DNA of 64,000 nt from an uncultured delta proteobacterium (GCA_963778115.1 CAVZSV010000001.1:1-64000), one strand, 5' to 3'. Positions 10,441-20,582 are shown, counted from the stretch's first letter. The notes: generated by a model not told the origin, from the letters alone. A program made the numbers and translations.

Positions 10441-11553
10441 TCATCCCAAATTCGTCTTAAATTTCTTCACGCTAATAGAGATCACCACACACGCGATGAG
10501 TATCAACACGGCTAAATGCGTAGCAATAACCCGTAAATCGCCTCCCTTTAGCATGATGTTACGCAGTAACTCCATAAAGTAAGTGAGGGGATTGCAGTAC
10601 GCCAAGATCTTCATGAAGGGAGGCATGTTTTCCAGCGGAAACATCAAACCGGACAACTGAATCGCAGGAAAAAGGAATAAAAAACCTCCCATCATGGACT
10701 GCTGTTGAGTCCTAGTAAGCGTCGATATCAGAGTACCAATAGAGACCGTCGTACATATAAAGATAAACGCACAAAAGAAAAGAACCAATAACGATCCCCG
10801 CATCGGAACACCAAAAGCGAAAACTCCCACTCCCAAAATAAGAGGAATGTTACTCATTCCCAAAATGACATAAGGAAGTGTTTTTCCGAGCATGATTTCC
10901 CAAGTCTTCACCGGTGCCGAGATCAACATTTCGAAGGTACCCGTTTCCTTTTCCCGAGAGATCGCCATGCTAGTGAGCATGATCGTAATAAGACAGACGA
11001 GCATGCTCATCACCCCAGGCACCATAAAGACGGCTGTTCGCATCGTCGGGTTGTAGAGAATTCTTAAGTCAAATCCTAGGCTCGCTTGGGGCTTATCAAT
11101 CTTCAAGTCTTGGGTTACGACGGAGCTTATAATCTCTCGTAGATAATTCTCGACACTTTGCGCGCGAAGCACATTCGAAGCATTCACTAATATCTGGATC
11201 TGCCCCTCTCCCCGAGTAATGGAATCGGTAAGTCCCTCAGGGGGCGGGACGAGTACGACGTCGGCTTCGTTGGATTGGATCTGTTCAAAGGGATCGGTCT
11301 TGCTAGCATGGGCGGGTATAAACCAACCCGATGCGATGGCATGCTGATAAACGTGCTCGAGAACGGTGTCACCGATATGTGGCTCGTAAGAGATTCGAAT
11401 ATTTTTGACATCAGAAGTGATAGCGACCCCGAACAGTGTCATCTGGATAACGGGAGCCACAAAGAGCATCATCCGCATGCGCTTGTCTCTTAGAGCTTGA
11501 GAAAACTCCTTGCGAATAAATCCAAGCAGTGTGGGGTTAAACTTGAATTTCAC
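10441..11553 (-). CDS. ABC-2 transporter permease (YbhR-like)
   Basis: REKETGTFEMLISAP, LSGLMFPLENMP and NPLTYF motifs. Confidence 0.92.
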   Translation of the reverse strand: MKFKFNPTLLGFIRKEFSQALRDKRMRMMLFVAPVIQMTLFGVAITSDVKNIRISYEPHIGDTVLEHVYQHAIASGWFIPAHASKTDPFEQIQSNEADVVLVPPPEGLTDSITRGEGQIQILVNASNVLRAQSVENYLREIISSVVTQDLKIDKPQASLGFDLRILYNPTMRTAVFMVPGVMSMLVCLITIMLTSMAISREKETGTFEMLISAPVKTWEIMLGKTLPYVILGMSNIPLILGVGVFAFGVPMRGSLLVLFFCAFIFICTTVSIGTLISTLTRTQQQSMMGGFLFLFPAIQLSGLMFPLENMPPFMKILAYCNPLTYFMELLRNIMLKGGDLRVIATHLAVLILIACVVISISVKKFKTNLG

Positions 11554-12659
11554 GGCTCCACATCCTTCTTAAACTTTCGAGAGGCAATGCGCACCATCAC
11601 GAAACAAATGATAGATAAAGCGATGAAGGGGGTCTTAAGATCCAAAAAACCCGAACCTTTCAAGAAGACATCCCGACTTATCTCCATAAACCAGCGCGCA
11701 GGTAAAATGGCCGTCAATCCTTGAAAAAATAGTGGCATGCTCTCGATGGGAAATATAAACCCAGATAGGAGGGTCGAAGGAAGTAAACCGCTCATCAAGG
11801 CAAGTTGCATCGAGAGCTGCTGATTTCTCGTCGTTACGGAAATAAGAAGTCCCTGCGCCATGTAGGTGGAGAGGAAGATAAGACAGCCTGCCAAGAAGAC
11901 AAAATGACTTCCTAAGAAAGGAACCCCAAACCCTACCCGGGCAATGATGTAGACGAAAAGGACCGCTCCCAGCCCCAATCCGATATAAGGCATTAGTTTT
12001 CCCAAAATGATCTCTAACGGCTCTACCGGTGTCGACAGGAGCAATTCCATGGATCCGTTTTCCCATTCCCGAGCCACCGTTAGGGAAGTCAGAAGTACCG
12101 CCAGAATAGCAACTACGGTCACCATGAGTCCAGGAACTACAAACCAACGGCTATTGAGTTCAGGGTTGTAAAGAAAACGAGTCTTCAATTTCACAGGAGG
12201 TTCCAGCGCCTCTCCGGTAATTCTTCTAGCGGCCATCGTCTGCATCGTCCCGAAGTAGCTGATGATCGAGCCCACGGTGGAATTGTCCGAGCCGTCCAAA
12301 ATAAGTTGGGCCTGAGAACCTCGTCCCGAGAGCAAATTGTACTCGAACTGAGGATTGATAATGAGAGCTGCTCTATCCAGCTCGGAATCCACCAGATGGA
12401 TGGCGTCATGTTGGGTTTTTACTCGATCTAGCAAAAAGTATTTTGAACTCCCCAAAGTGTCTAACAATTGACGCGAGGCCTGGGTCTTGTCCCCATCGTA
12501 AACCGCGATATGTATATTTTGGACATTGAATTCGATGGCCAGACCAAAGATGGTCACCATCATCACAGGAAGCAGCAGTGCCAAGGCCAAAGTAAACGGA
12601 TCCCTAAGGATGTGAAAGGTCTCTTTCCTGGCAATGGCAAAAGCTCGTGCGGGTTTCAT
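11550..12659 (-). CDS. ABC-2 transporter permease (YbhS-like)
   Basis: YNPELNSRWF, REWENGSMELL and LSGFIFPIESMP motifs. Confidence 0.92.
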   Translation of the reverse strand: MKPARAFAIARKETFHILRDPFTLALALLLPVMMVTIFGLAIEFNVQNIHIAVYDGDKTQASRQLLDTLGSSKYFLLDRVKTQHDAIHLVDSELDRAALIINPQFEYNLLSGRGSQAQLILDGSDNSTVGSIISYFGTMQTMAARRITGEALEPPVKLKTRFLYNPELNSRWFVVPGLMVTVVAILAVLLTSLTVAREWENGSMELLLSTPVEPLEIILGKLMPYIGLGLGAVLFVYIIARVGFGVPFLGSHFVFLAGCLIFLSTYMAQGLLISVTTRNQQLSMQLALMSGLLPSTLLSGFIFPIESMPLFFQGLTAILPARWFMEISRDVFLKGSGFLDLKTPFIALSIICFVMVRIASRKFKKDVEP

Positions 12660-13618
12660 CGGCTTTTTCCTTCCACCAAGCGGATAAAGACGTCTTCCAG
12701 AGTCGGTTCAATCTCTTTGCTATCAAAGTTTTTTCCCTGGACCGACAAAAACTGCCGCCACTGCTCAGGATCTCTAGGGGAAACATGGTAGCGAAGTCCG
12801 TAAGGCTCAAAGGAATCAAAGGCTGCGTTTCGCCGGATTTCCTCCATTTCAGAAAAGCTCACGGACCGCTTTGGGATCAATTGGTACAGAGGTTGAGGGA
12901 ACGTCTGCTTCTTAAGCTGCTTGGGACTGTCTAGAGCAATGAGCTCGCCTGATCTCATGAGCGCAATCCGATCGCACTGCTCGACTTCATCCATGTAATG
13001 CGAGGTCACAAAAATCGTTTTTCCCTGTTTGGCTAATGCCTTAATGAGTTCCCAAAACTTGGCTCGCGCGGCAGAGGTTACCCCTGCCGTCGGTTCATCA
13101 AGAAAAACAATTTCAGGATTATGCAACATCGAAGCCGCCAGAGACACTTGTTGCTTCATGCCCCCTGGGAGATCGCGGACCATGGTGGATTGGGGTTTAT
13201 CAAAACCAATAAACGAAAATAGCTCCTCTTTTCGCCTTTTAAAGGCCTCATTAGGAATCTTGCGAAGGCTAGCCGCAAAGTTAAGATTCTCTTCAACGGT
13301 AAGATCGTTGTAGAGCGTAAACTTCTGGGACATGTATCCCACTTTGCTCTTGATCAGATCGGAATTAGCAATCGTATTGAAAGAGACTCCGGAAACGCTG
13401 ACTTCGCCTTGAGTGGGAATGAGAAGTCCACACAAAACTCGAATCGTGGTGGTCTTGCCGGCCCCGTTGGCTCCCAAGAACCCAAAAATCTCTCCCCGAG
13501 GGACGGAAAAGGTGACGTTGTTAACCGCTTTAAAATCTCCAAATTGAACGACGAGCCCTTTCACGTCGACCGCATTAGTGGGATTGGAACTAACTTCGCG
13601 AGCTTCACCGGTTTTCAT
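12656..13618 (-). CDS. ABC transporter ATP-binding protein
   Basis: GANGAGKT and LDEPTAG motifs. ATG 13618 overlaps the upstream stop (ATGA). Confidence 0.92.
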   Translation of the reverse strand: MKTGEAREVSSNPTNAVDVKGLVVQFGDFKAVNNVTFSVPRGEIFGFLGANGAGKTTTIRVLCGLLIPTQGEVSVSGVSFNTIANSDLIKSKVGYMSQKFTLYNDLTVEENLNFAASLRKIPNEAFKRRKEELFSFIGFDKPQSTMVRDLPGGMKQQVSLAASMLHNPEIVFLDEPTAGVTSAARAKFWELIKALAKQGKTIFVTSHYMDEVEQCDRIALMRSGELIALDSPKQLKKQTFPQPLYQLIPKRSVSFSEMEEIRRNAAFDSFEPYGLRYHVSPRDPEQWRQFLSVQGKNFDSKEIEPTLEDVFIRLVEGKSR

Positions 13619-14394
13619 CGAAGCAGGCCTTTCTCGGCATTTTTCGCGCGCGAAATAAAAAGAGCGTCGAAGCTTTCGGCCTTCTCTCTTTCTAGAAGTT
13701 CTCGAGGTTCTCCTTCGGCAAGTGTCTTTCCGGCCTCTATAAGGTGAACTTCCGTGCAACGTTCCGCTTCGTCCAAATACGCCGTGGCAATGATAATCAG
13801 AATCCTTTGATCGGCTAATCGGTATAAGAGTTCCCAAAATTCCCGACGGCTGATCGGATCGACTCCATTGGTGGGCTCATCCAAGAGAAGCACGCGAGGA
13901 GAACGTAATAAAGAACACATTAGCCCCAATTTCTTATACATGCCGCCCGAGAGTTTCCCCGCGGGCCTGTCGACGAATTTGTCTAGCCGGGTGATGTGCA
14001 ATAGCTCTTCTCGCTTCTTCGCATAGACATCCTTGGGAATCGAATAGAGCTCTCGAAAAAATTCTAGATGTTCGTCAATAGAAAGATCCGCATACAGACT
14101 CTGCTGTTGCGGCATATAGGCTACCGACGCTCGAATCTCACTGAAATCGATCGGTTTTCCATCGTCCGTGTAATTAATTTCCCCTTTATCGGCGTGTAAG
14201 AGTCGTATGAGATGGCGTAGCAGCGTTGTTTTGCCAGCCCCTTCCGGCCCTATAAGGCCGTGCATAATTCCGGCCGTAAAACTCATCGAAACACCGTCCA
14301 GAGCTTGGTTGGGTCCCAATTTTTTGAACAGCCCCTCGGCGGTGATGCCAATGCCCGAACTTTGAGCTGAAATAATTTGTTGTTCCTGCGGCAT
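13615..14394 (-). CDS. ABC transporter ATP-binding protein
   Basis: GPEGAGKT, LSGGM and LLDEPTNGVDP motifs. Confidence 0.92.
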   Translation of the reverse strand: MPQEQQIISAQSSGIGITAEGLFKKLGPNQALDGVSMSFTAGIMHGLIGPEGAGKTTLLRHLIRLLHADKGEINYTDDGKPIDFSEIRASVAYMPQQQSLYADLSIDEHLEFFRELYSIPKDVYAKKREELLHITRLDKFVDRPAGKLSGGMYKKLGLMCSLLRSPRVLLLDEPTNGVDPISRREFWELLYRLADQRILIIIATAYLDEAERCTEVHLIEAGKTLAEGEPRELLEREKAESFDALFISRAKNAEKGLLR

Positions 14395-14398
14395 ACAT

Positions 14399-15148
14399 TT
14401 ACATTTCGGGAACTTTCACTTCGACCGTCATTCCTGGCTTTAGGATTTCTTCAGGATTGTCGAAAGCCACTTTGATTCCAAAGACTAGTCTCGTACGCTC
14501 TTCACGAGTTTGGACGTTTTTGGGAGTAAACTCGGCTTCATCGCCGATCTTGATGATCGTTCCGTCAAAGGGTCGCATGTTCATTTCGGGTAAGTATCCA
14601 ACCAGTTTTTCTCCCAGCTTCAGTTTAGCCACCATCGATTGAGGGACGTAGATGTAGGCGTACAGGGAGTTCTTCAAATCAGCTAACGTGAAAAGCCGAA
14701 TTCCCGGGTTCACCATCTCTCCCACTTCGTGGTACTTGTTAAGAATCACGCCCGTCAAAGGAGAGGTAACCGTACACCAGGACAGCTTAAGAGCCGTATC
14801 GTCTTTCCGGTTTTTCATCTGCTGATAAGTTTCTTGCGGTTGGGATCCAACTTTATATAGTCTTGCCGCTCTGTCGTAATCTAACGTCGCCATCTCGTCA
14901 TTGAGCTTATAATCCTCACAAGAAAGAGTTAGTAGCGTTTGCCCCTGAGTCACGTGATCGCCCTCTCTCACCGGCTCAGTGGCTAACACGGAGGTCACGC
15001 GCGCTGGAACATCTACTTTGGTCGCTTCGATCGTCCCCGCATAAAGAAACGGGTGACTGAAAAAGAGCAGTTTTACCGCGACCCCTGTGGCCACTAACAA
15101 TAATAAGATCGGGAGAATAACTTTTATTTTGGATTTAGGTTTTTCCAT
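14399..15148 (-). CDS. HlyD/YbhG-family membrane fusion protein (short hairpin)
   Basis: N-terminal TM segment, AEFTPKNVQTREER and LKPGM motifs. Confidence 0.9.
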   Translation of the reverse strand: MEKPKSKIKVILPILLLLVATGVAVKLLFFSHPFLYAGTIEATKVDVPARVTSVLATEPVREGDHVTQGQTLLTLSCEDYKLNDEMATLDYDRAARLYKVGSQPQETYQQMKNRKDDTALKLSWCTVTSPLTGVILNKYHEVGEMVNPGIRLFTLADLKNSLYAYIYVPQSMVAKLKLGEKLVGYLPEMNMRPFDGTIIKIGDEAEFTPKNVQTREERTRLVFGIKVAFDNPEEILKPGMTVEVKVPEM

Positions 15149-15163
15149 GCTCGTACCAGGCTC

Positions 15164-16555
15164 CTAATTATTCGATAGATAATCTAAAGTTGCGATTTGA
15201 AGTAACACTTGGCTACCGATCAAAGCTGAAGTGACTTCAGCTTCAAAGAGTTTGAGGTTAGCGTCTTGAACGTCTAAGTACCTCGACTTACCTGCTCGGT
15301 AAGATTGGTAGGTCAGTCGCTCCAAATGCTGATTTTCTTTTACATTGGTTTCGCTCAGTTTCTGCTGGATCCGAAGACTTTCCAATGACTCATAGGCTTT
15401 ATGAAAATCTCGGGATAGATCCGTTATTTTTTGCTGTTTTTGGTATTCACTGGCCATCGCTTCGCTCTCTTTTTGTGCGGCGAGATCGCGGCTTAAGCTT
15501 CCCTCAAAGAGCGGAAAGCTTAGACTTGCTCCCAGAGTATTTTGAAATGCGTTTTCCGGAAGTACTACGTTAGGGTAGATGTACTGAGATTTCGCTTGCA
15601 GCTCAATCTTTGGCCAAAGTCCTGACTTTTCGCTTTCGGCGGCGAGTTTTGAAGCCCTTGACTGCTGATCCAAGGCCAATACTTCGGGGTGTTTTTCCCC
15701 CTCCTCTTTGAAAGACAGCTTGCCATAATTTTCAAGAGTCGCCTCCAGGGTTTCCAGTCTTACTTTAACCGTGGGAGGTTCAGTTCCCTTTGGAAGTTTG
15801 GTTAACAGGTCGTAGGTCACGGGCCTTGCGGTATCCACCTCTTTTTGTTCACCGGTGAGAGCTAGTAGCCCCTGCAACGCACTAGAGAGATCAGCTTGAG
15901 CTTGGCGAAATTTAAGTTCGTAGCTTAACACTTCTCGCACGGCGGTTACTTGATCGAGACGACTCGCAGCTCCCGCTTGCAAACGCTGATTGATATCACC
16001 GCTTCTTGCTTGAGCTAACTTAAGAGAATCGGCAGTAAGATCTAACTGTTTCAAAGCGTATTGCACCTGAAAATAGGCCTGCCTTACCAAGAGCTGTACC
16101 AATTTGGTTTGCGTCCGCAGATCCTCGGCTTTCGCATCCGCCAAAGCATCACTACTTCGAGCGGCTGCCCTATTTTTGCCTGCATCGAATAAGGTGTAAT
16201 TCAAAACCGGCCCTACGCTGTAATTGTTATGGGTTCCAAAATTAAGAGTGGGGAATCCCGGGGCAAGGGCAACGTTAGGAACATTGGTCTGATAATAATA
16301 GTTTCCCTGTAGACTTAGATTGGGGTACAGAGCCGACTCCGCCGAACGCGCCTGAAAGCGAGAGGCCTCCACCATCGCCACGGACGCCTTCAAAGAACCC
16401 GAAAAACTCTTGGCCTTGGATTCAGCATCCTCAAGACTTCTCTCGAAGGAAGAGACTTCGGGAGTCGCTACTGCCGCGGCCGCTAAACCTAGGGCCGGAT
16501 TTTGCGCAATCCCAATTAAAAAAACACACAGGCTAATACTCGAAATACTTCTCAT
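15164..16555 (-). CDS. TolC family outer-membrane efflux protein
   Basis: Signal peptide and duplicated OEP repeats (YPNLSL..LFDAG; WPKIEL..PLFEG). Confidence 0.88.
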   Translation of the reverse strand: MRSISSISLCVFLIGIAQNPALGLAAAAVATPEVSSFERSLEDAESKAKSFSGSLKASVAMVEASRFQARSAESALYPNLSLQGNYYYQTNVPNVALAPGFPTLNFGTHNNYSVGPVLNYTLFDAGKNRAAARSSDALADAKAEDLRTQTKLVQLLVRQAYFQVQYALKQLDLTADSLKLAQARSGDINQRLQAGAASRLDQVTAVREVLSYELKFRQAQADLSSALQGLLALTGEQKEVDTARPVTYDLLTKLPKGTEPPTVKVRLETLEATLENYGKLSFKEEGEKHPEVLALDQQSRASKLAAESEKSGLWPKIELQAKSQYIYPNVVLPENAFQNTLGASLSFPLFEGSLSRDLAAQKESEAMASEYQKQQKITDLSRDFHKAYESLESLRIQQKLSETNVKENQHLERLTYQSYRAGKSRYLDVQDANLKLFEAEVTSALIGSQVLLQIATLDYLSNN

Positions 16556-17196
16556 GTAACTCTCCGGGGATTCACTGAAAGGGCCTTCATCACCATATCG
16601 ATGCGCTGAAGGATCGATTCGTCACTGGTAAGGTCCGTATCTAATTTTTTGGAAACACTAGCAGGCATTCCTTTTTTCACCCGATCCGCGCCTTCGGCCA
16701 CCAGAATCACTACAACAGTAGTGCTCATACAAAAAGCTATCGCCTGTCGAATGGGAACCGGCTCGAAATAACCTTCTTTCTGGGCTTGTTCGATTAAGGG
16801 CAAAATCACTTCGATCTCTCGGCCCATCATATGCGTTACCATTTTTGTCACTTCGGCTTCACTGTTAAGCAGATCCTGAACGAGTGACGTAAATATTTTT
16901 TTGTTGTCTCGCACGGCAATTGCCAACGCAAGAAGTGCCGAGCGAAGCCGCTCCACCGGAGTCGTTCCTTCCAAAGATTTCTTGGCCAGGTTGGCATAGA
17001 TCTGCTCATAAATCTCTTCCAAGACTTTATGAACGAATTTTTTCTTGGATCCAAAATAGTAGTGAAACATTCCCAGATTAACACCGGCTTGTTCCGCGAT
17101 CTGTTTCAGACTGATGCCGCTAATCCCCATCTTGGGCAAGAGCTTCTTGGCGGTATCGATGAGGATTTGATCTTGATTTCGCGACGGCCTGGTCAT
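16552..17196 (-). CDS. TetR family transcriptional regulator
   Basis: SLKQIAEQAGVNLGMFHYYFGSK HTH, at the head of the exporter operon. Confidence 0.92.
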   Translation of the reverse strand: MTRPSRNQDQILIDTAKKLLPKMGISGISLKQIAEQAGVNLGMFHYYFGSKKKFVHKVLEEIYEQIYANLAKKSLEGTTPVERLRSALLALAIAVRDNKKIFTSLVQDLLNSEAEVTKMVTHMMGREIEVILPLIEQAQKEGYFEPVPIRQAIAFCMSTTVVVILVAEGADRVKKGMPASVSKKLDTDLTSDESILQRIDMVMKALSVNPRRVT

Positions 17197-17199
17197 GCG

Positions 17200-17225
17200 T
17201 ATAATTATATTTACTTATAATTATA
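17200..17225 (-). promoter_or_regulatory. Tandem TATAATTATA palindromes: -10 element and putative TetR operator
   Basis: Two copies at 17200-17209 and 17216-17225. TATAAT lies 7 nt before the tetR ATG. Confidence 0.55.
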
Positions 17226-17280
17226 ATAACAACTAGTTTATATTAGCCATTTAAAATCATATAGTTGAGAAAACGGCGGA

Positions 17281-17700
17281 TCAGGCTTTTTGCCAGGTAA
17301 TGATTCCCACCTGCTCTTCGCCGTTGGAGGTAAAAGAGGCCGTTCTAAGGACCAATAGGTCATTGAAAAGCTCAAAGTAGCGGGGCTCTTCTTTTCCGAT
17401 CCAATTGGGGTACAGGCTCATCTCTATGACATGAACGATTTTATTACTCTCCACTCGATATCGACCACAGTAGCTTAAGAAGGTCTCCATCGCGATCTTC
17501 TTTTCGGTATCCGATCCCTCAAAGAGCCCCTGGGAGTGAAAAGGCTTTCTGTTAGCCGAGGCGACTGTCACCGCCATAAATCCATCCATACTGTACATAA
17601 GGCGCCCTTCGGCGTCCTTCCCGTAAGGGTAAAAGATCCGCCCCTGCGTCGTTCGGTGTTCCATGCTAACCAATTTCCAAGTTCCCATTAGTTCTTTCAT
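17281..17700 (-). CDS. Lipocalin-like domain protein (Lipocalin_5 type)
   Basis: LMGTWKLVS..G.LMYS.DG.M..YCGRY..PNWIG pattern. Confidence 0.8.
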   Translation of the reverse strand: MKELMGTWKLVSMEHRTTQGRIFYPYGKDAEGRLMYSMDGFMAVTVASANRKPFHSQGLFEGSDTEKKIAMETFLSYCGRYRVESNKIVHVIEMSLYPNWIGKEEPRYFELFNDLLVLRTASFTSNGEEQVGIITWQKA

Positions 17701-17704
17701 AAGA

Positions 17705-18478
17705 CTAAACTTTCTCCCGCTCTTGTTTAACAAAACTTGCGAAACTTTCCCACTGAGCGGTCCAATGAAGCACGTTTCTCGTAAATGAATTGTCGCATCT
17801 TTTTCCCAAAGGGCCCGCGATTCCTAGAAATTGGCACGCCGGCGCTCCAGCGGTAAGTTTACCGGCGAGTCGACTGAGCTCCTGGCGAGTGAGCGGAGTG
17901 CTATCACACCCCAGAAAAGTCGTAGTCTCACCTTTATCCAGAATCTTTAGACATAATTTCGCCGCGTCATCATAGTGAATCAAATTGATCCAAGCATCTC
18001 CGCGCAAATCCGAAGTCTCTTTATTAAGAAAAACTCGATGAGGGCCTGAATGGCTGTCGTAAAGTCCGGCCAGTCTCACGACAATCCCCTTCTGTTTTTC
18101 GACCAAATCCTCGGCGGCCAAAAGCCTAAGCGCTCTTTCTGAAGTCCCCTCCAGAGAAATTTCGGAAACGATTCCGCCTTCGTCCTCTTCATAGACTCCC
18201 GTGCTAGAAACGAAAAGAAAAGAGCCTCGCCTTTTCCAAAGGAAAAGAGCGCGTTTGACTTCCTCTTCATAAGACTCGTTAGAGGAAGTGGGAGGTACGG
18301 CGAAAAGAACGTTTTCAAAGCGGCCTTCTAGACTTTTCAGGCGCGGCATCATGCCCTGTTTCTTTAAAGCTGCGTGCGAACGATCGGTCAAAGTTTCCGC
18401 AGTGACTTCGCCATCCCACTGTTGACCGACTCGTGCTCCCAATCTGCCTGCCCCGACGATAAGAAGAGGAAGTCTCAT
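17705..18478 (-). CDS. NAD(P)-dependent epimerase/dehydratase-like (atypical SDR) protein
   Basis: LIVGAGRLG, VSSTGVY, RLAGLY and NLIHYDDAA motifs. Confidence 0.85.
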   Translation of the reverse strand: MRLPLLIVGAGRLGARVGQQWDGEVTAETLTDRSHAALKKQGMMPRLKSLEGRFENVLFAVPPTSSNESYEEEVKRALFLWKRRGSFLFVSSTGVYEEDEGGIVSEISLEGTSERALRLLAAEDLVEKQKGIVVRLAGLYDSHSGPHRVFLNKETSDLRGDAWINLIHYDDAAKLCLKILDKGETTTFLGCDSTPLTRQELSRLAGKLTAGAPACQFLGIAGPLGKRCDNSFTRNVLHWTAQWESFASFVKQEREKV

Positions 18479-18721
18479 TTTTTCCCCGTTTCGGTCACTA
18501 CCCAAGCTTTGCCTTCGGCTCGTCGCCATTTCCCGTGGAGAGTCTTGTCCCGACACTCGTTAAGTACGCTAATTTGATGGGGTCCAGGATAGCTTGCGAT
18601 TCTCAAACCTCACTCCTAAGTATTTAGACAAATCCAGATGGGGGACCGTCTCTAAAGGTGGGGAGGCTAAAAGAGCGTTAGTGACGACGAAACTGAGCAG
18701 GAACAGACAATAGAACTTCAT
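18475..18721 (-). pseudogene. blc: Decayed Blc-type lipocalin
   Basis: Signal peptide and PLETVPHLDLSKYLG. After a -1 shift it reads EIASYP..ISVLNECRDKTLHGKWRRAEGKAWVV. It has an internal deletion and a 3' truncation. Confidence 0.7.
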
Positions 18722-18795
18722 GGCAACTTCCTCATGCGAAGGGAACTCCTTAGACTGCTCCTTCGAGGTACGTTCGTCAAAGAAGTCGGTATTGT

Positions 18796-19251
18796 CTATC
18801 TGAGGAGGAGTTTCATTCCGTAGTGGGAACGAACGAAGCCTAACCTTTCGTAGAAACGGTGAGCATCCGCCCGTTCTTGATTGGTGGTGAGTTGCACTCT
18901 GCGGCAGTGTCGTTTCTCTGCCTCTGTAATGGCCCATTTCATCATCTGGGATCCTACCCCTTTATTACGGTAGTGCTGGACGACATGGACCGCTTCGATC
19001 TGCGCGTCGGGTCTGCCCTTGCCGGCAAGGTACCAAAGAAAAGTTAGGTGAAAAGTTCCTACTACCTCGCCAGCGATTTCAGCCACCATAAGAAGATCAT
19101 GGGGATGGTTTTCTATCCGATGAAAAGTCGATTCGTAATAACTCGGCAAGGGCTCCGGTAGAATCTCTCTGGGTTTTCCGTCGGGCCCTCCGTCATTGAC
19201 CATTTTTACAATGACGGAAACGTCTTCTTTCGTAGCTTTGCGAATGAGCAT
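18796..19251 (-). CDS. GNAT family acetyltransferase
   Basis: YRNKGVG motif A and VQLTTN..R.DAHRFYERLGF. Confidence 0.9.
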   Translation of the reverse strand: MLIRKATKEDVSVIVKMVNDGGPDGKPREILPEPLPSYYESTFHRIENHPHDLLMVAEIAGEVVGTFHLTFLWYLAGKGRPDAQIEAVHVVQHYRNKGVGSQMMKWAITEAEKRHCRRVQLTTNQERADAHRFYERLGFVRSHYGMKLLLR

Positions 19252-19262
19252 CCGTATTCACA

Positions 19263-19646
19263 CTAAGAAAGTCTGCAAACCGCTTCGATATTATGACCGT
19301 CGGGATCAAGCACGAAAGCTCCGTAATAGTCTTTATCGTAATGAGGACGTGGCCCTGGAGCACCGTTATCTTTACCCCCTGCTTTTAAGGCCGCCTGGTA
19401 AAAATCGTCCACCTGCCTATGGCTCTCGGCACGGAAGGCAATATGAACGCGAGGTTGATTCGGCGTTCCCTGGGCAACCCAGAAATTAGGCCTACCGGGA
19501 AGTCCATAGCCCAATACCACATCCCCACCGGTATATTCCTTGGGAATCTCTTTAAGCATCTGATATCCGAGTGGGGCAAGTGCCGCATCGTAAAACTTGC
19601 GGCTCTTTTGAGGGTCACTGACTTGAAGTCCCGTATGATCGATCAT
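19263..19646 (-). CDS. VOC/glyoxalase family protein
   Basis: IDH, HIAF, GGKDNGAPG and DPDGHNIEAV motifs. Confidence 0.93.
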   Translation of the reverse strand: MIDHTGLQVSDPQKSRKFYDAALAPLGYQMLKEIPKEYTGGDVVLGYGLPGRPNFWVAQGTPNQPRVHIAFRAESHRQVDDFYQAALKAGGKDNGAPGPRPHYDKDYYGAFVLDPDGHNIEAVCRLS

Positions 19647-19679
19647 TGGCTTCCTCGCTTTTGTGAAATCTTCTTCCCG

Positions 19680-20189
19680 TTAGCACGACGATTTGTGAAC
19701 TCGATATAAAACATGGGGTCGTAGTGGATGGTCAAGCGCAACCGAAGGAAAATCGAAATCATCCTGACTCTGACGAGACATTCCTATCTTTTCCATCACT
19801 CTGCGCGATCGGACATTAATGGTAGCCGTAAGGGCCACGATTTCGGGGAGTCCTATTTCTTCAAAACCAAACTGAAGAGATGCTTTTGCCCCTTCCGTCG
19901 CAAAGCCCTTCCCCCAAAAGGGATGGGCGAGCCGCCAGCCTATTTCAACACAGGGAGAGAAAGGAAAGGTCTTCTCTGGAATATTAAGCCCAATAAATCC
20001 CGCCGCCCAAAATCCGAACCCCTTTTGCTCGATCGATCTCTCAATCCGTAAGATCATTCGTTCGGTCTCTAACCGTGATAGCGGGGCCAGATAAAACTCC
20101 ATCACCCTGGGATCGGCATTGAGTGCCGCAAGGGGCAAAATATCACTCTCGCACCAACGGCGCAGGCGAAGACGATCGGTTTCAATCAC
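19680..20189 (-). CDS. RimJ/RimL-type GNAT, apparently with a short in-frame internal deletion
   Basis: ETDRLRLR, VEIGWRL..FWGKGFATE and N.RSRRVMEKIGM. GFGFWAA runs directly into GFIGL. Confidence 0.85.
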   Translation of the reverse strand: MIETDRLRLRRWCESDILPLAALNADPRVMEFYLAPLSRLETERMILRIERSIEQKGFGFWAAGFIGLNIPEKTFPFSPCVEIGWRLAHPFWGKGFATEGAKASLQFGFEEIGLPEIVALTATINVRSRRVMEKIGMSRQSQDDFDFPSVALDHPLRPHVLYRVHKSSC

Positions 20190-20207
20190 TGGCTTAGCCC
20201 TCGAAGC

Positions 20208-20582
20208 TCAATGGATAAAGAGAAATAATAGTGGAAGTAGCACTCCGGTAACAAGCAGGACCATCGCTGCACGGCGGCGACGAGCTAACTGAAGCGCCAG
20301 AGAAATTCCCATTAGGGACGTCGTCACAATTCCCAAAGCCATCACCAAAGCGAATCCGTTAAACCAAACGGAATGGACCACTTTAGGATCGTGGTTAGGA
20401 AGGGTTCCTTCCTTGTGAGGTTTGGAAAGTTCGTGAAAAAAGCGTTGTAATCCTGTCGGAGTGTTTCCCCGAGGGATGTCGTTCCAGCGAAAAGTTTGCC
20501 ATGCTCCCGAGAGTGAAAAATAGATGAGTAGCGGAGAAAACAGGCAGCTAAGGTATAAGTGCCAAGCGCGAAGAGTTTGCAT
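20208..20582 (-). CDS. Small membrane protein (PepSY-associated TM-like)
   Basis: LRAWHLY..PLLIYFSLSG and three hydrophobic segments. Confidence 0.65.
   Translation of the reverse strand: MQTLRAWHLYLSCLFSPLLIYFSLSGAWQTFRWNDIPRGNTPTGLQRFFHELSKPHKEGTLPNHDPKVVHSVWFNGFALVMALGIVTTSLMGISLALQLARRRRAAMVLLVTGVLLPLLFLFIH

Noticed and set aside
12656..14394. Two ABC ATPase ORFs as a frameshifted single YbhF
   Set aside because: Each has a complete ATPase domain and they meet at a clean ATGA overlap (13615-13618), consistent with two genes. The extension of ORF 12656..13837 upstream of 13618 is spurious.
18569..18937. 122-aa ORF as a real protein
   Set aside because: Its N-half overlaps the GNAT gene in another frame and its C-half is the blc relic.
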